DNA from: Haliotis rufescens
Taxonomy: Eukaryota
Direction: 5' to 3'
Assembly: GCF_023055435.1 (NCBI RefSeq)
Contig: NW_025963890.1
Coordinates: 48,608,001 to 48,672,000 of the forward strand
DNA length: 64,000 nt
Shown here: one piece after another, positions 25,236 through 37,756 of the stretch
Numbering within the stretch: position 1 is the first letter of the stretch
Layout of the letters: each line of letters begins with the position of its first letter
Notes under the pieces: generated by a model
The model's database searches: none
The model's input: only the letters and a program-made list of their open reading frames with translations
Told to the model about the DNA's origin: nothing
Position numbers and translations under genes: made by a program

Positions 25236-25425
25236 AAAAAGAAGAAGAAAGAGAAGGAGAAGAAGAAGAAGAAAGAGGAGGAGGAGGGGGAGGAGGAGGA
25301 GGAGGGGAAAAGGAAAAGACTAAGGAGAATTATAAAAGAAGGAGAAAAGAAGGAGGAAAGAAGGGAAGGAAAAGGGAAGGAAAGAAGGACAAAAAGGAAA
25401 AGAAGGGAGAAGAAGGAAGAAAAGG
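25236..25425. repeat. Polypurine low-complexity tract (GAA/GGA)
   Basis: Almost purely A/G sequence. Confidence 0.9.
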
Positions 25426-25900
25426 TAATTATTGTAGAAAGAACTGGTGGATATAGTAATATTTTAAGTGATATTGGTGCATATCTAAGGTGGGTGATGA
25501 TTTTAGCTCCAGTCTCAGATCTTTGTAGAGAGGGCATTGCAACAGAAAGTGCTCGTCATCTTCTATTTCGTTAATATTACAGAAGGTATGTTTAAGTATC
25601 TTCCTCTCTCAATTTGAAGATCATGAGCACCGAGTCTTGGCCTTGTCACTGCTTTGCGGTGTTCTATTGAGGTGGTTACTTTCAGACATAGCTAAATTTC
25701 CAATTTGTTTCCTATTTTCCCGAGGTGTCTCAGCTTATGTGGTTTAGTTGATGGGGCTGATTATATGAGGGATTCAAACCCAGGTTTAGGTGATCCCAGA
25801 GAACACTTCTCCCTTGGGTCAGCCTTATGTTTCCCACTTGTAATGCTTTCACCAAGCTTGACCAACAGATCATGCAGGTGATTATCTCACCCTCATCATA

Positions 25901-26525
25901 TAAGGGAATCAAACCCAGGTTTTAGGTGAGCCATAGATCACTTCACCCACTGGGCCAGTCAGATGCTCTCCACTGGTACATCTGCACCATAAGGGAATCA
26001 AACCCAGGTTTTAGGTGAGCCACAGATCACTTCACCCACTGGGCCAGTCTGATGCTCTCCTTTGGTACATCTGCACCATAAGGGAATCAAACCCAGGGTT
26101 TAGGTGAGCCATAGATCACTTCACCCACTGGGCCAGTCTGATGCCCTCCTTTGGTACATCTGCACCATAAGGGAATCAAACCCAGGTTTTAGGTGAGCCA
26201 CAGATCACTTCACCCACTGGGCCAGTCTGATGCTCTCCACTGGTACATCTGCACCATAAGGGAATCAAAGCCAGGTTTGAGGTGAGCTATAGATCACTTC
26301 ACCCCCTGGGCCAGCCAGATGCTCTCCATTGGTACATCTGGACCATAAGGGAATCAAACCCAGGTTTTAGGTGAGCCATAGATTCCTGACCCACTGGGCC
26401 AATCTGAATCTCCCCACTGGTGCATCTGCACCATAAGGGAATCCAACCCAGGTTTTATGTGAGCCATAGATCACTTCACCCACTGGGCCAATCTGAATCT
26501 CCCCACTGGTGCATGTGCATCTTTA
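25901..26525 (-). repeat. 89-bp minisatellite (about 7 units) derived from a family-B SINE tRNA head
   Basis: Period 89 (25901, 25990, 26079...). The - strand unit contains TGGCCCAGTGG and GGTTTGATTCCC. Confidence 0.85.
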
Positions 26526-26884
26526 CCACTGATGACCAAGTAGGAGCCCCTGCCCCAGGGACATGAATAATGCATTCACATGATGAGACAACGCATGTAG
26601 GACAGGTGACAGATTGTAGAGTATGTTAACTGTCAGACATTTATAATCTGGTTTGCCAGAAGCCTGCCTAGGGACCTCTGAATGCCCATTGCCAGTGTTT
26701 GATTAATGTTCTCTGTTGGGACTCCGCAGCATGCAACTGCCCCACATCACCGTCACAACAAGCCGCGGAGTTCACGCTGAGGTCACACGTCAGCCCTCCA
26801 TACATATTCCAGCAGAGAAACATATTCCTGTCTGCTACATGATGAAGGGGTGCTGGCACAATTTACACAACTTGTGACGTCAAT

Positions 26885-27737
26885 GGTTTGCGTCTTATAT
26901 TCTGCACCATGAAAATAGAAACAAAGAATCAGAAGTTTATTCAAATTATCATGAATGAATGGATTGTACACCAAAGTAAAAACATACCGGGGTATAGGTT
27001 TACCAGCTCAATCTATTCTAAGGAAACACAATTTGACTACTTCAGCTTTCCTATCACCAATATTCAAAGAGACAATCAAATCTAAATTCAACTCCCTCTT
27101 CAAGGAATCTCTTCAAGATGTAAATGCATCAAGAGGCACAGGAAACAGACTTAGGACATACAGGATAGTTAAAAATGAAATAAAATTAGAACCCTATCTC
27201 AGTCACTGTAAAGTAAAAAAATATCGAGTTCACTTTTCTAAACTAAGATTAAGTAACCATAAATTAAATATTGAACTTGGAAAAGCCACCAACCCCACTA
27301 CATCAGAGGCTATGCTCTACATGTTCAACCATTGATGACGAAAAACACTACTTACTTCACTGTATTAAACACACTCAAGAAAGAAATATACTCTTTGGAA
27401 AATTATCCAGACAAAATGTAAATGTAAATGTCCAGGTATGAAGACAAATTATTTTACTACATCCTGTCAAATAATGAAGCAGTGAAGCAGCATTTGTTTC
27501 CATATCTATCATTTTAAACAATAAATACCCCTTCTTAATCAACTGTTGACATTCTATGTATAATAATACCATCAAATATGTAATATTGATTGTTTTGTTT
27601 TTGTATGTGTCTACAGGAATGTAAGTTATGTATGTCTGTATATATGTATATATGAATTATAATGTCTTGTCTTTTAAAATTGCATCTGTCCCGTAATGGA
27701 ACGTTTCTGCAATAAATATTATCTTATCTTATCTTAT
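26885..27737 (+). mobile_element. 3' end of a non-LTR retrotransposon (RTE-X-like), ORF2 C-terminal pseudogene
   Basis: RLRTYRIVK...EPYL...FSKLRLSNHKLNIELG, then after a frameshift RLCSTC...DDEKHYLLHC (CCHC-type C-terminus). 3' UTR ends in aataaa plus (ATCTT)n. Confidence 0.85.
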
Positions 27738-27779
27738 AGATAATTTGAGGTGTCATAAATAATCTTTCTGTATCACCTT

Positions 27780-27982
27780 TGTTGTTTTATGCAACTCAGC
27801 AATATTCCCTTGACATGATAGCAGTCTATCAATAATCAAGACCAGACAATCCAGTGATGGACGTCATGAGCATTGATGTAATTGGGCCATGATGACATGC
27901 ACCAAGTCAGTGAGCCTGACCACCCGATTCTGTAATAACAAGTAAGGGTTGCCGATCTTCTACCCCGGATCTTCATGTGGGC
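27780..27982 (-). mobile_element. SINE family A, degraded
   Basis: accagacaatccagtgat and accaagtcagtgagcctgaccacccg...taccccggatcttca are present. Confidence 0.75.
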
Positions 27983-28099
27983 CTTTTGTATCAACTTCCT
28001 TCACAAACATGCCTCCACGTGCCTGCTTCAGCGAAGAGTCCAATAGAAGTATTGATAATTCACTACTAATTGATAATGGAAGTCATCATTCAAAATGGA

Positions 28100-28203
28100 T
28101 GCTTATCATTTAACATCTCTTTGTATGACACTGCCAGGGATTGAACTTCCGTCCTTCCGCTCTCTGGGCAGATGCTCTCTCCACTCGACCACAGAGGTGG
28201 TCC
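28100..28203 (-). mobile_element. SINE family D, 5' (tRNA) fragment
   Basis: Reverse complement gaccacctctgtggtcgagtgg...agagcggaagg...gttcaatccc matches the head at 18422. Confidence 0.7.
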
Positions 28204-28212
28204 TAAACTTCT

Positions 28213-28409
28213 TGAGTGAGTGAGTGAGTGAGTGAGTGAGTGAGTGAGTGAGTGAGTATGGTTTTACGCCGCTTTTAGCAATATTCCAGCAATATCACGG
28301 CGGGGGACACCAGAAATGGGCTTCACACATTGTACCCATGTCGGGAATCTAACCCTGGTCTTCGGCGTGACGAGCAAACGCTTTAACCACTAGGCTACCC
28401 GACTGCCCC
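28213..28409 (-). mobile_element. SINE family B with an expanded (ACTC)n tail
   Basis: About 11 GTGA units on +, a full body, and an aacttcttga duplication in the flanks. Confidence 0.92.
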
Positions 28410-28906
28410 TAATAACTTCTTGAATGTTTCCTAATAATAATTGTTTGACGGTTATTGTTTTGTCTCAAACTGCTACTTGTTTTATTTCATAACTGTTTTG
28501 TAGGAGTGTCTGTCACAGATGCTCCATGCTAATAAAATGGCACTCTGATACTGTTCCAACTTTCTGTGGGTTTTGCTCCTATGGAGGATGGCCAAACCAT
28601 TACAGGACGAGGACAAGCAACAGATACTTAGTGCTCACATGGATACTATTACCTTGACAAGTTCATTCTCACGCTGTTGCCCATGACATGTCCTCATGTA
28701 GACTCTGACGTGTGCCAACGGCTGCCTCAGCATGTGAAGGATGTAAGTGCAAGGCTTTGCTCACACGATAGTCACTATGTTATCTTTTTACCCAAACCAT
28801 CGCATGTGGCAATATTGCTCCTTATACCCCATCAACTATGCCCCCAACCTTGCCCTATATACCATATTCACTGCATCAAAAGTACTGCTCCAATAAGTGC
28901 CACATG

Positions 28907-29100
28907 AGTGTGAGTGAGTTGGGTTTTACGCCGCTTTTAACTGTATAACAGTTATATCACGGCGTGTCAGCTTAATGTGGGAGGAAGCCCCAAGTGATGC
29001 AGGTCTCAGACGTTTCAATCATAGGTTTCTGGAGCGCCCCAGGGACGCAACTCTGCACAGCGAATTGCCCGCATTTTACGACTGGGCCACCCGTGCCCCC
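28907..29100 (-). mobile_element. SINE family C with an internal deletion removing the B box
   Basis: tcagacgttt is joined directly to caatcataggtttctgg, deleting about 80 bp relative to the 16041 copy. Confidence 0.85.
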
Positions 29101-29273
29101 AAGTGCCCCATGACCAACTTTTAGACCAATCTGCAAGTAATCTTTATAAACGCTCAGAACTAACTCCCTAAAAACATTTTCTTGTTTATTATAATTTTTT
29201 TTACAGAATATACTGTAGAAGGGGGTGCACATTATACACACATACATTGACTTAACTTTCTTTATGAAGCAAA

Positions 29274-29555
29274 ACCACCTCCGTAGTCTAGTGGTTGAGT
29301 GTCCAGCATGGAGAGCAGGAGGTCTGGGGTTCAATCCCCAGCCACGTCATAACAAAAGATGTTAAAAGATGGTACTTGTTGTTACCCTGCCTGGTGCTGG
29401 CCATAAAGGGGCTAAAACAAGGACTGGTCGGCTCAGAGTCCCATAAGTGTGTGAGTGGGGTATTCATGTTAAACTGCATGGTATCTCTCAGTTGGCTAGC
29501 ACAATAAAATCGGCATTAGTCAGGACTAGTACAAGAGCACACGCACTCACAAACA
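29274..29555 (+). mobile_element. SINE family D (Meta/Deu-like), 3' end missing
   Basis: tagtctagtgg A box, ggttcaatccc B box, and a body shared with the 18422 copy. Confidence 0.88.
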
Positions 29556-30355
29556 CTGTACCATATATGACCGTAGATAAGCCGATATCATGGATAAGCC
29601 GAGGTATTAACATAGTCCATGAAATCTGTGTCAAATAGTTATGTGAGGTAGATAAGCCGGAACCCCAACCTAAAACTATGTCTCGTCATAATCTGTCACT
29701 GGAAATAGAATATAAGCAAATCCGTATTGAATTACACAAGTTAATCCTGTTGTTACACCATCGGTAATAAAAAGTCTTTTATTGTATATCTGTACTCATG
29801 TTTGTCATCTACATAATCTATTTTATTAATTCTAATCAAACTTTCATTCAACAATATTTACCATCCGGTACTTACAACTTCTGTTTGCCCCGTGCCATAA
29901 GTCAGCTTTACCAACTCACTGTTAATTGCAGCAACCACAATTATATTACCGCGACTGACAAATTGAAACGAACCGAAATTGAGAGAAAATGGATACATAT
30001 ATCATAACTGCCTAACTTTGACTGTTAAAAGACATATTTGTTGTCTTTTGATGATGAAATGTCAACATATTGTTGTGGAAATATCAAGATAGCGAAAAAC
30101 CTCAACGGTGATTTCTCAAATTGTTCCATGCGAAAAAAGAATACACACAGCAATCTTTATCCCTGCATATAAAACAATGCCTAGCATAACAAGAAATACG
30201 GTGTCGTGCCTGGTTAGCGAAAATCCAATTTTCCCTAGTATCAGTAAAGCGAAAACCCAAGTTGGGGTATTTGTCCTACGAAAGCGAGAAATGAGTAATT
30301 GCTATAAAAACACCGGATTGCCGTAGTTTAGATTAGCGCCCGTGCTGTTCAAACA

Positions 30356-30414
30356 GAGAAGAGGAGAGGAGAGGAGAGGAGAGGAGAGGAGAGGAGAGGA
30401 GAGGAGAGGAGAGG
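30356..30414. repeat. (GAGAG)n microsatellite at the MULE deletion junction
   Basis: About 11 perfect GAGGA units. Confidence 0.95.
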
Positions 30415-30420
30415 ATAAGA

Positions 30421-30750
30421 AAACCTGAGATCTGGAACCATTTTGGTAACCAAGGGCATCGCACTAACAATAACGTCGAGGGGTGGAATCACAAACTCAA
30501 CAAACTTGCCAGGAAGAGCCATCCGAACATTTTTGAAGTTGTTACGCTATTTCAAAGAGAACAATCCAACGTAGAAGTCGCCATTCAACGAATTGGAGCC
30601 CACTGGTCAGCACCACCCAGAAAGAGAAGATACCGGCTGATTGACAACCGTCTTCAGGCTCTGTAAGACAATCTCGTCAACAACGTCATCGGCGACGTTG
30701 AGTACACAGATGATGTTGGTGACCTGATCCACTTGGAGTGCATGACTTGA
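30421..30750 (+). pseudogene. MULE (MuDR-type) transposase C-terminal fragment; absent from the ORF track
   Basis: Hand translation KPEIWNHFGNQGHRTNNNVEGWNHKLNKLARKSHPNIFEVVTLFQREQ... contains the W..RTNNxxEGW...HPNIF motif around the catalytic Glu. One in-frame TAA at 30664. Confidence 0.85.
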
Positions 30751-32695
30751 ACACAACGTGTATGCCAGTGCAACCGCAAATTTATTATAGAATGTATTTA
30801 TGTATTTACCATTATATTTTAAGATATGAGTTATTGTTGTTTTTGTAGAAATTATAATGTACATCTATGAAATATTAAAGTATTAGAGTTATTAAATTTG
30901 TTAAATGTAAAGTACTTTTGTGCAACTATACTATACTTCAGCATCTAATAAATTACTAGTGTGATAACGGTATACGCATTTCTATGTTTTTCTTGTAATT
31001 TGAGAGTCCCGGTATAGCAATATCCCGTGTTTACTATAGCGTGACCAGTCTTACTGTAGCTTCACGAAAGCAAAGAGATTTTAGAGTTGAATATGGCTAG
31101 ATTTCGCTCTTCCGGCCCAGAACCAGAAATACAATCAAAATGGTAAATCATCATGTTTAGTGACGCATAATCGCAAATTTCACAAGTTTGTTATAGCATT
31201 GTTCATTCACTTGAAGCAATACGATGTAGTTTTTTTACCAACAGAAAAAGAGTTTGATGAAAGTGTAACCATACATAAGCCGACCCCTTGCTACAGAATC
31301 TATTTTCTAGTCCTCAAAATTCCTGGTCTTTAATTTGACATGAACAGAGGTATGGTTTTCAGAGTGCCCATGATGGGATCACTCACTGATATCAAATGGT
31401 GATAATCAAACTGTTCCATACATTAGAAAATCAACTCAGTGATGACACTTGCTCATTTAATTAACCAGGGATGTATTTCTGTTTTTGATGGATATATCTA
31501 AAAAAGCACCAAAAATAATCGAGAGCTCTACTGTTGCAGTCACAGATGAATTTATTGTGATCTATATTGTGTTTTTCTGAGCACCCAGAGTGCCTTTTAC
31601 TGCAAAATTCAGTATCGCATGTGGCAATATTGGTCCTAATATCGCATCCACTTTCATAATCCCAGCCTACATATGACAAACATGCCATATACGTCCTTAT
31701 ATCCTTTCCACTATGTGCATTATCGGTCCATATATCCCAATCTTTTAGACACCTCTTTCCACCCAGCCATGTATGTCCAAATATGTGCATCACTAGCCCA
31801 TATACCCCAATTTTTGCCCTCTGTACCCCACAGCAGGGAATGTCCAAATATCTGAATTATTGGCCCCGTTTCTTCTTGTCCTCAGGTGCCCCCAGCCACC
31901 CTGGGGTATTAGTCAGCTTTATGTATGGGGGTCATTGACAGGTCAGTGGGCAGGTATAAGGCCACGACCTATGCCCTGAGGCTGTGAAGTCTTGTCCACC
32001 TGACTGAGTGTTGGCAAGCTCACTTGGTCAAACAGGCCCTAAGGTTACAATTTCCCAATACCACACCTGCATAAACACATAACTTGAGGTAATCAAGCTA
32101 TAGCAGGCCACACTTCACCTGTCAGTTTCTCTACACATCAGACCTCTTTCAAGGATGGAAATTAACAGTTTGTAGGGTCGAAAGTTCATGGCTTTTAGAT
32201 AAATACACTAATTGCTCATCTCAAGGCCAAGAACCAACCCTAAGTGACACATTACGGCCAAGGTGAACACAACAGTACATATCTTACATCCGAGTCGCAG
32301 ACATTACTCTTAGGCCAAGTGGCTTCATCAACATGAATGTATGGTAATTAATTACTAATTTTTGCCATCCATTCGTTATAATTCCATTCACAACAGACAG
32401 CACAACACAGTATAAAGTAGCCTTGCTCAAAGGCTGTACTGAAAGAAAAGTCCATGGATGTGTAGCAATTCTATCCTCCTAATAGGCAAGTCTAGATATG
32501 TGGACAGTAAGGACGCCAGTCTCTTATAGGGACAACTTGTTCTTATTATTTACATCATCTAGAACTTATGATTTAAGCTAATAATTATTGTCTTAGAGAC
32601 TTGTGCAAGTCTAAGTATAAGCAAAGCCTCCTCCTTCCATGGCTACTGCGACCTCTTCACCTTGTTTCTGCACAGTTGTTTCTTATTGTCGGCCA

Positions 32696-33152
32696 TAAGA
32701 TAAGATAAGATTTATTGCAGAAACATTCCATTACGGGACAGATGCAATTTTTTTAAAATGACAAAACATTATGATTTATATCTACATATATACAGACATT
32801 CCTGTAGACACACACACAAAAAAATATTACAGATTTGATGATATACATAAATTGTCATCATTTGATTAAGATCAAGGGGTATTTATTGCTTGTAATTATA
32901 GATATGGAAACAAATGCAATTGATGTTGATGGCTTCATTATCTGAGAGGATATAGTGAAAGAATTTGTTTTCATGACTGTGGACATTTACATTTTGTGGG
33001 ATAATGTTCCAAAGTGTATATTTCTGACTTGAGTGTGTTTGGTACAGTGAAGTAGGTCATCATCAATGGTTGAACATGTGGAGCATAGCCTCTGATGTAG
33101 TGGGGTTGGTGGCTTTGTAGGTCTTCCAAGTTCAATATCTAATTTATGGTTA
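32696..33152 (-). mobile_element. RTE-X-like LINE 3' fragment, same family as 26885-27737
   Basis: (AAGAT)n tail and reverse-complement match to 27255-27737. Confidence 0.85.
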
Positions 33153-33733
33153 CATGTGCTGCTGGAGTAGAACTAACAAGCCACGAGGAATTGTGGGCTA
33201 TCTGTCCTGACTGGACTAATCATGTAATTCATGACTTTCCCAACACGTTCATAACGCAGAGACAGTCTGTATTTGTGGCTTATTCTCCACAGTACCATTT
33301 GTCTTTTCTATAGGACGTTATGTGTCTGTTGGTGACATGAATCTGCTTCATCGACCTCTTGTTATAACATTATATCAAATAATAAGTGACATCATGAACT
33401 GTTTTCTCTTTAAGATAAGATTTGTGACCGACCATGAGATAAGGGACCCTGTGGGTGAAAAATAACATTTTGACTTTCATTATATTTTAAAACTACGGCA
33501 TCTTCAGAACACAAAAATACAATTCACAAGCTATCAATATAATTTTTATAACAGACAAACTTGAGATCACACATGGCAACCTTGACTGAAGTCAGTTGAC
33601 GTCAAACGACTTTATGAAATCTTAGCACAAATGTGTCCTAGTACCCATAACATCTCTTTTCTCCTGGTGGGTCATATTTATTGCAGAAAACATTCTATCA
33701 CGGAACAGATGCAATTTACATGACAACATATGT

Positions 33734-34148
33734 TCACTCACTCACTCCCCCACCCACTCACTCACTCCCCCACCCACTCACCAACTCACCCAACCATCCA
33801 CCAACTCACCCACCCATCCACCCACCAACTCACCCACTCACTCCCCCACCCACTCACTCCCCCACCCACTCACCAACTCACCACCCCATCCACAAATTCA
33901 CCCACCCATCCACAAACTCACCCACCCACCAACTCACTCACCCACCTACTCACCAACTCACCCACCCATCCACTCAATCACCCACCCACTCACCCACCCA
34001 TCCACTCACTCACCCACCCACCCACCCACTCACCCACCCATCCACTCACTCACCAACCCACTGACCAACTCACCCACCCACCACCAACCCATCCACTGAC
34101 TCACTCACTCACTCACCCACCCACTGACTCACTCACTCACCAACTCAA
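33734..34148. repeat. (CACC/CACT)n compound microsatellite
   Basis: Direct inspection. Confidence 0.95.
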
Positions 34149-34219
34149 GCATGCACACACAGGAATCATTTCAAGTACATATCAATAGGTGGATATCAAT
34201 TGAGTACAACAGATTTTTT

Positions 34220-34786
34220 ATAAGATAAGATTTATATCACCATAGATGCAATATCTAAATGACAAACCATTTAAAATCATTCACTCACTCACTCATTCAT
34301 GCTTGCTTGCGCGCATGCACGCACACACACAAAGGAATCATTTAAAGTAGATATCAGTATTACAGATCTGATCATTTTATTCATAAAACGTCAGATTTTC
34401 ATGGCCAATAAGTATTCATTGCTTGAAATCATAGACATGGAAACAAATACAGTGGTTGATAATGTCTTTACTTGAGAGGATGTAGTGAAATAATTCGCTT
34501 TCATATTATGGATATTTACGTTTTGTGTGGATAATTTTTCAAAAAATATATTTCTTTCTTGACTGTTTGACAGTGAATCAGGTAGTGTTTTTCATCATCA
34601 ATGGTTGCACACGTAGAGCAAAGTCGGATATAATGGGGTGGGCAGTTTTGAATGTCTTCCGCGTTCTATATTTAATTTATGGCTACGAGGTTACTGGTTT
34701 CTAAGGGTAGAAAAAGTTCTTGATAAATCATAATATCAGAGTGACTGAGACAGGGTTCTAATTTTATTTCATTTTTAACTTTCCTG
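34220..34786 (-). mobile_element. RTE-X-like LINE 3' fragment, older copy
   Basis: taagataagattta tail; gggttctaattttatttcatttttaac is the reverse complement of about 27168-27194. Confidence 0.75.
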
Positions 34787-34917
34787 TATGGTTTTATGCC
34801 GCTTTTAGCAATATTCCAGCAATATCACAGCTTCACACATTACCCATGTCGGGAATCGAACCCAGGTCTTCGGCGTGACGAGCGAACGCTTTAACCACTA
34901 GGCTACCCGACCGCCCC
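34786..34917 (-). mobile_element. SINE family B with a small internal deletion
   Basis: Head gggaatcgaacccaggtcttcggcgtgacgagcgaacgctttaaccactaggctacccgaccgcccc is intact. Confidence 0.9.
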
Positions 34918-35628
34918 TGTTTGTGATAGAAATTCTGAATTACTTATATATGTATCTGAAACTAGACTGAACTGGTACTCCCAACCAAATAGGTTATTCA
35001 CCAAAGATGTATTTTCAGCAAACGTATTCTGAAGTGTTATGTTGTATAGAAGATAGGACATACTGCTACAATGTTACCATGTATGCCCAATGGAATATGT
35101 TTCTGCAAAGAATCGAGACCCAGGGAATAATCAATCAGCATGAAGCAAAAATCATATTACATAGTGTGAAAAACTCATACTAAATTCCCCAAGAGAAATG
35201 TCGGTATGGCTAATACCAGGCAACAGCCACTTGTAGATTGTCATTTGGGTTCCTGGGGACTTCAGTTACAAATAGGGGTCAAGGGGTCAGCTAGGTCCAG
35301 GATCTCTCCTCCCAATTAGCTGTGTGTAGTCTGTCTTACAGACCCTGATACAAATATAAATCAAATACAGCCCATGCAAGTCTAATGTTTGGCAAGTCTA
35401 GATTACTGCAGTATCTGAAAATGAAGAGAATCACTGGGCTCCCTTTTTATTATATTTTTATTAAGATAACTGAGCAACTGTTTTTTCTGTACGATATGTT
35501 CATTTCAGAGACTATATGTTAGTCTAAGCGGTGTGGGGTGCATCCGTATCCATGAACTGTGGTAAGACTTGCATTTCATGATTATGGCCAAAACAAAAAA
35601 CAGATTTGTATGGCACTATGCAATCAAC

Positions 35629-36034
35629 TAGGGCTGGGACGGGTAACTCGGGTACTAGGATCGGGTGGGTCCTGAGTAGGACTCGGGTACCCACAGGACT
35701 ACCCGGATATATTGTTTAATGACAAAAAATAACTTACACTCTATGGTTACAATACAAGTCATTAATGTTCCCATTACTTTCTGACAATGCACCCATTCCT
35801 TCTGATTTTTATATGCTTGAATATAGATAAAACTCCATGCAGTAAACTTCAGTGTATGCATGACCAGATCGTTTTACACATGTATTTGAATACATTTTGC
35901 CAGGACTACGGTCAAACCTTTCCAAATCGGACACTTTGTACCTATTTCTAAATATCTACAACGGCTACCCGGGTAGGGTCGGGTAATAGGGTGGAGGGTA
36001 CCTGGGTAGTAAATTTTGACTCGTCCCATCCCTA
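35629..36034. mobile_element. hAT-type MITE
   Basis: TIR TAGGGCTGGGACG / CGTCCCATCCCTA, exact 8-bp TSD CAATCAAC (35621-35628, 36035-36042), and many subterminal gggta/taccc motifs. Confidence 0.92.
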
Positions 36035-36364
36035 CAATCAACCTAGCAAAGCCATGGCCATCTTTCTTACAAAGACATATTTTCACAGATGCATTGATGC
36101 ATTTTGACAAATAGGATGTTGTATGAAATAGAGCTGCCTTTGATTATATTTTGATCAGATTCTTCTGTTCAGTTTAAGTAATGGATCACGACAAAAGGTG
36201 TAAAGCATGAATCGATCTTGAAAAGATACTTCACCTCTCCTACCCAGCCCTGTTCCGAAAAAGCTATAGGGTATTTGTATTCTATGATGGATATGGTGTT
36301 AAACACAAGCCCTGCAATAACATCTATAATCCCTGCAGATAAACTCCATGTCTCACTCCCAGGG

Positions 36365-36676
36365 GACCCGTGAAGATCCGGGGTGGAATAGGTCTTCAGC
36401 AACCCATGCTTGCCGTAAAAGGTGACTTTGCTTGGCCTAAGAGGTGACAAACGGGATCGGGTGGTCAGGCTTGCTGACTTGGTTGATGCATGTCATCGAT
36501 CCCATTTGCGTGGATCGATGCTCATGATGTCAATCACTGGATTGTCTGGTCCAGACTTGATTATTTACACAATTGGGATCGATGACATGCTTCAACCAAG
36601 TCAGTGAGCCTGATCCCCGGATCCCGTTAGTGGCCTTTTACAACAAGCATAGTCGCCTTTTACGTCAAGAATGGGT
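36365..36676. mobile_element. SINE family A foldback: + copy 36365-36568 fused to an inverted piece 36569-36676
   Basis: gacccgtgaagatccgggg... reads forward, then aattggga...caaccaagtcagtgagcctg...gcatagtcgcctttt reads in reverse. Confidence 0.85.
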
Positions 36677-37044
36677 CACTTGGAACAGTAGTTCATTCAT
36701 ATCACAGAATGGCTGCTTGATGTGGGTGGGAAGCCCAAAGTGATGTAGGACTTAGATGCAGCTAAAGAGCGTGGGTATGCTGCTGACTAGATTAACATTT
36801 AGTCTATGAATTCTTATATTTCACAATACCCTTCTCGACTCTAAAATGAAACAAATAATTTTCCAGATGCAGATTTCATGTGTGGAACAGAGCTAGCTAA
36901 AGCTGGCTAGACTTGCTTCTGTATGCATATCTAGACTGCTGTTTTTTCCATATTCCAGTCATAGCTGACAAACCTAGAAGCATGACAAAGGAGAATCCAG
37001 GATTTGAACCTATGATCATAGGTTCCAAGCCTGCCTACAAAGGA

Positions 37045-37330
37045 AGGCCTGGGTTTCGATCCCGGGCCGTATTATACCAAAAGACGTTAAACGATGGTCC
37101 TTGATGTTACCCTGTCTAGCGCTCGGCATTAAAGGCCAAAAACAAGGACTGGTCGGCTTGGAATCAGTATACTGTGTCTGAGTGGGGTATTCATGCTAAA
37201 CTGCAGCATGGTATCTCAGTGTGCTAGCACCAGTAATCAGTATTAGTCCAGACTAGTACAAGCAGCCACACACACATGCATGCATGTCGCTAATCTTGGA
37301 CGCGATGTTTAAACCCCATTTCACCACACT
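37045..37330 (+). mobile_element. SINE family D, slightly 5'-truncated
   Basis: tcgatcccgg B box, ataccaaaagacgttaaa...gcgctcggcattaa Meta-like domain, atttcaccac tail. Confidence 0.85.
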
Positions 37331-37574
37331 TTAAACAACAGTGCCACTGCGGCCCCTTGATACAGAAAACTTTCATTTCTTATGCATGAACTGAAGTGAA
37401 TTATGTAAGATCAGAGATAAAATTAGCTAAGATAATGCTTTCTTGCATAGTTCTTCTTACATCAGAACATTACAAATGTTACACGAAACCAAAAAAATCC
37501 CAAAAACATAAAGGGTATTAAACGAATACAATTACACATTTGAAACAGACATGAAGAGCATTAAAAGGTTCAAA

Positions 37575-37756
37575 GTGAGTGAGTGAGTGAATAAGTGAGT
37601 GAGTATGGTTTAACGCCGCTTTTAGCAATATTCCAGCAATATCATGGCCAGGGAAACCAGTTATGGGCTTCACACATTGTACCCATGTCGGGAATCAAAC
37701 CCGGGTCTTCGGCGGGACGAGCGAACACTTTTACCACTAGGCTACCCGACCGCCCC
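37575..37756 (-). mobile_element. SINE family B
   Basis: (GTGA)n tail, full head, and a flanking aaaaggttMaaagtga duplication. Confidence 0.9.

Larger units (their letters stand above)
30200..31124 (+). mobile_element. Internally deleted Mutator-like element (MULE)
   Basis: GG...CC imperfect ends with agcgaaa/tttcgct motifs, an exact flanking duplication agaaatac (30192-30199, 31125-31132), and an internal transposase fragment. Confidence 0.8.
29561..31349. mobile_element. Tc1/pogo(Tigger)-like non-autonomous DNA element hosting a nested MULE
   Basis: TA|ccatatatgaccgtagataagccg left end with repeated ataagccg motifs, ataagccgacccc near 31275, and a degraded right end. Confidence 0.5.

Noticed and set aside
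25119-25574. Lys/Glu-rich 151-aa ORF on +
   Set aside because: Driven by the polypurine tract; no recognisable family.
25901-26525. CRISPR-like array (also considered for the other tandem arrays)
   Set aside because: No unique spacers, no cas genes, and a eukaryotic context.
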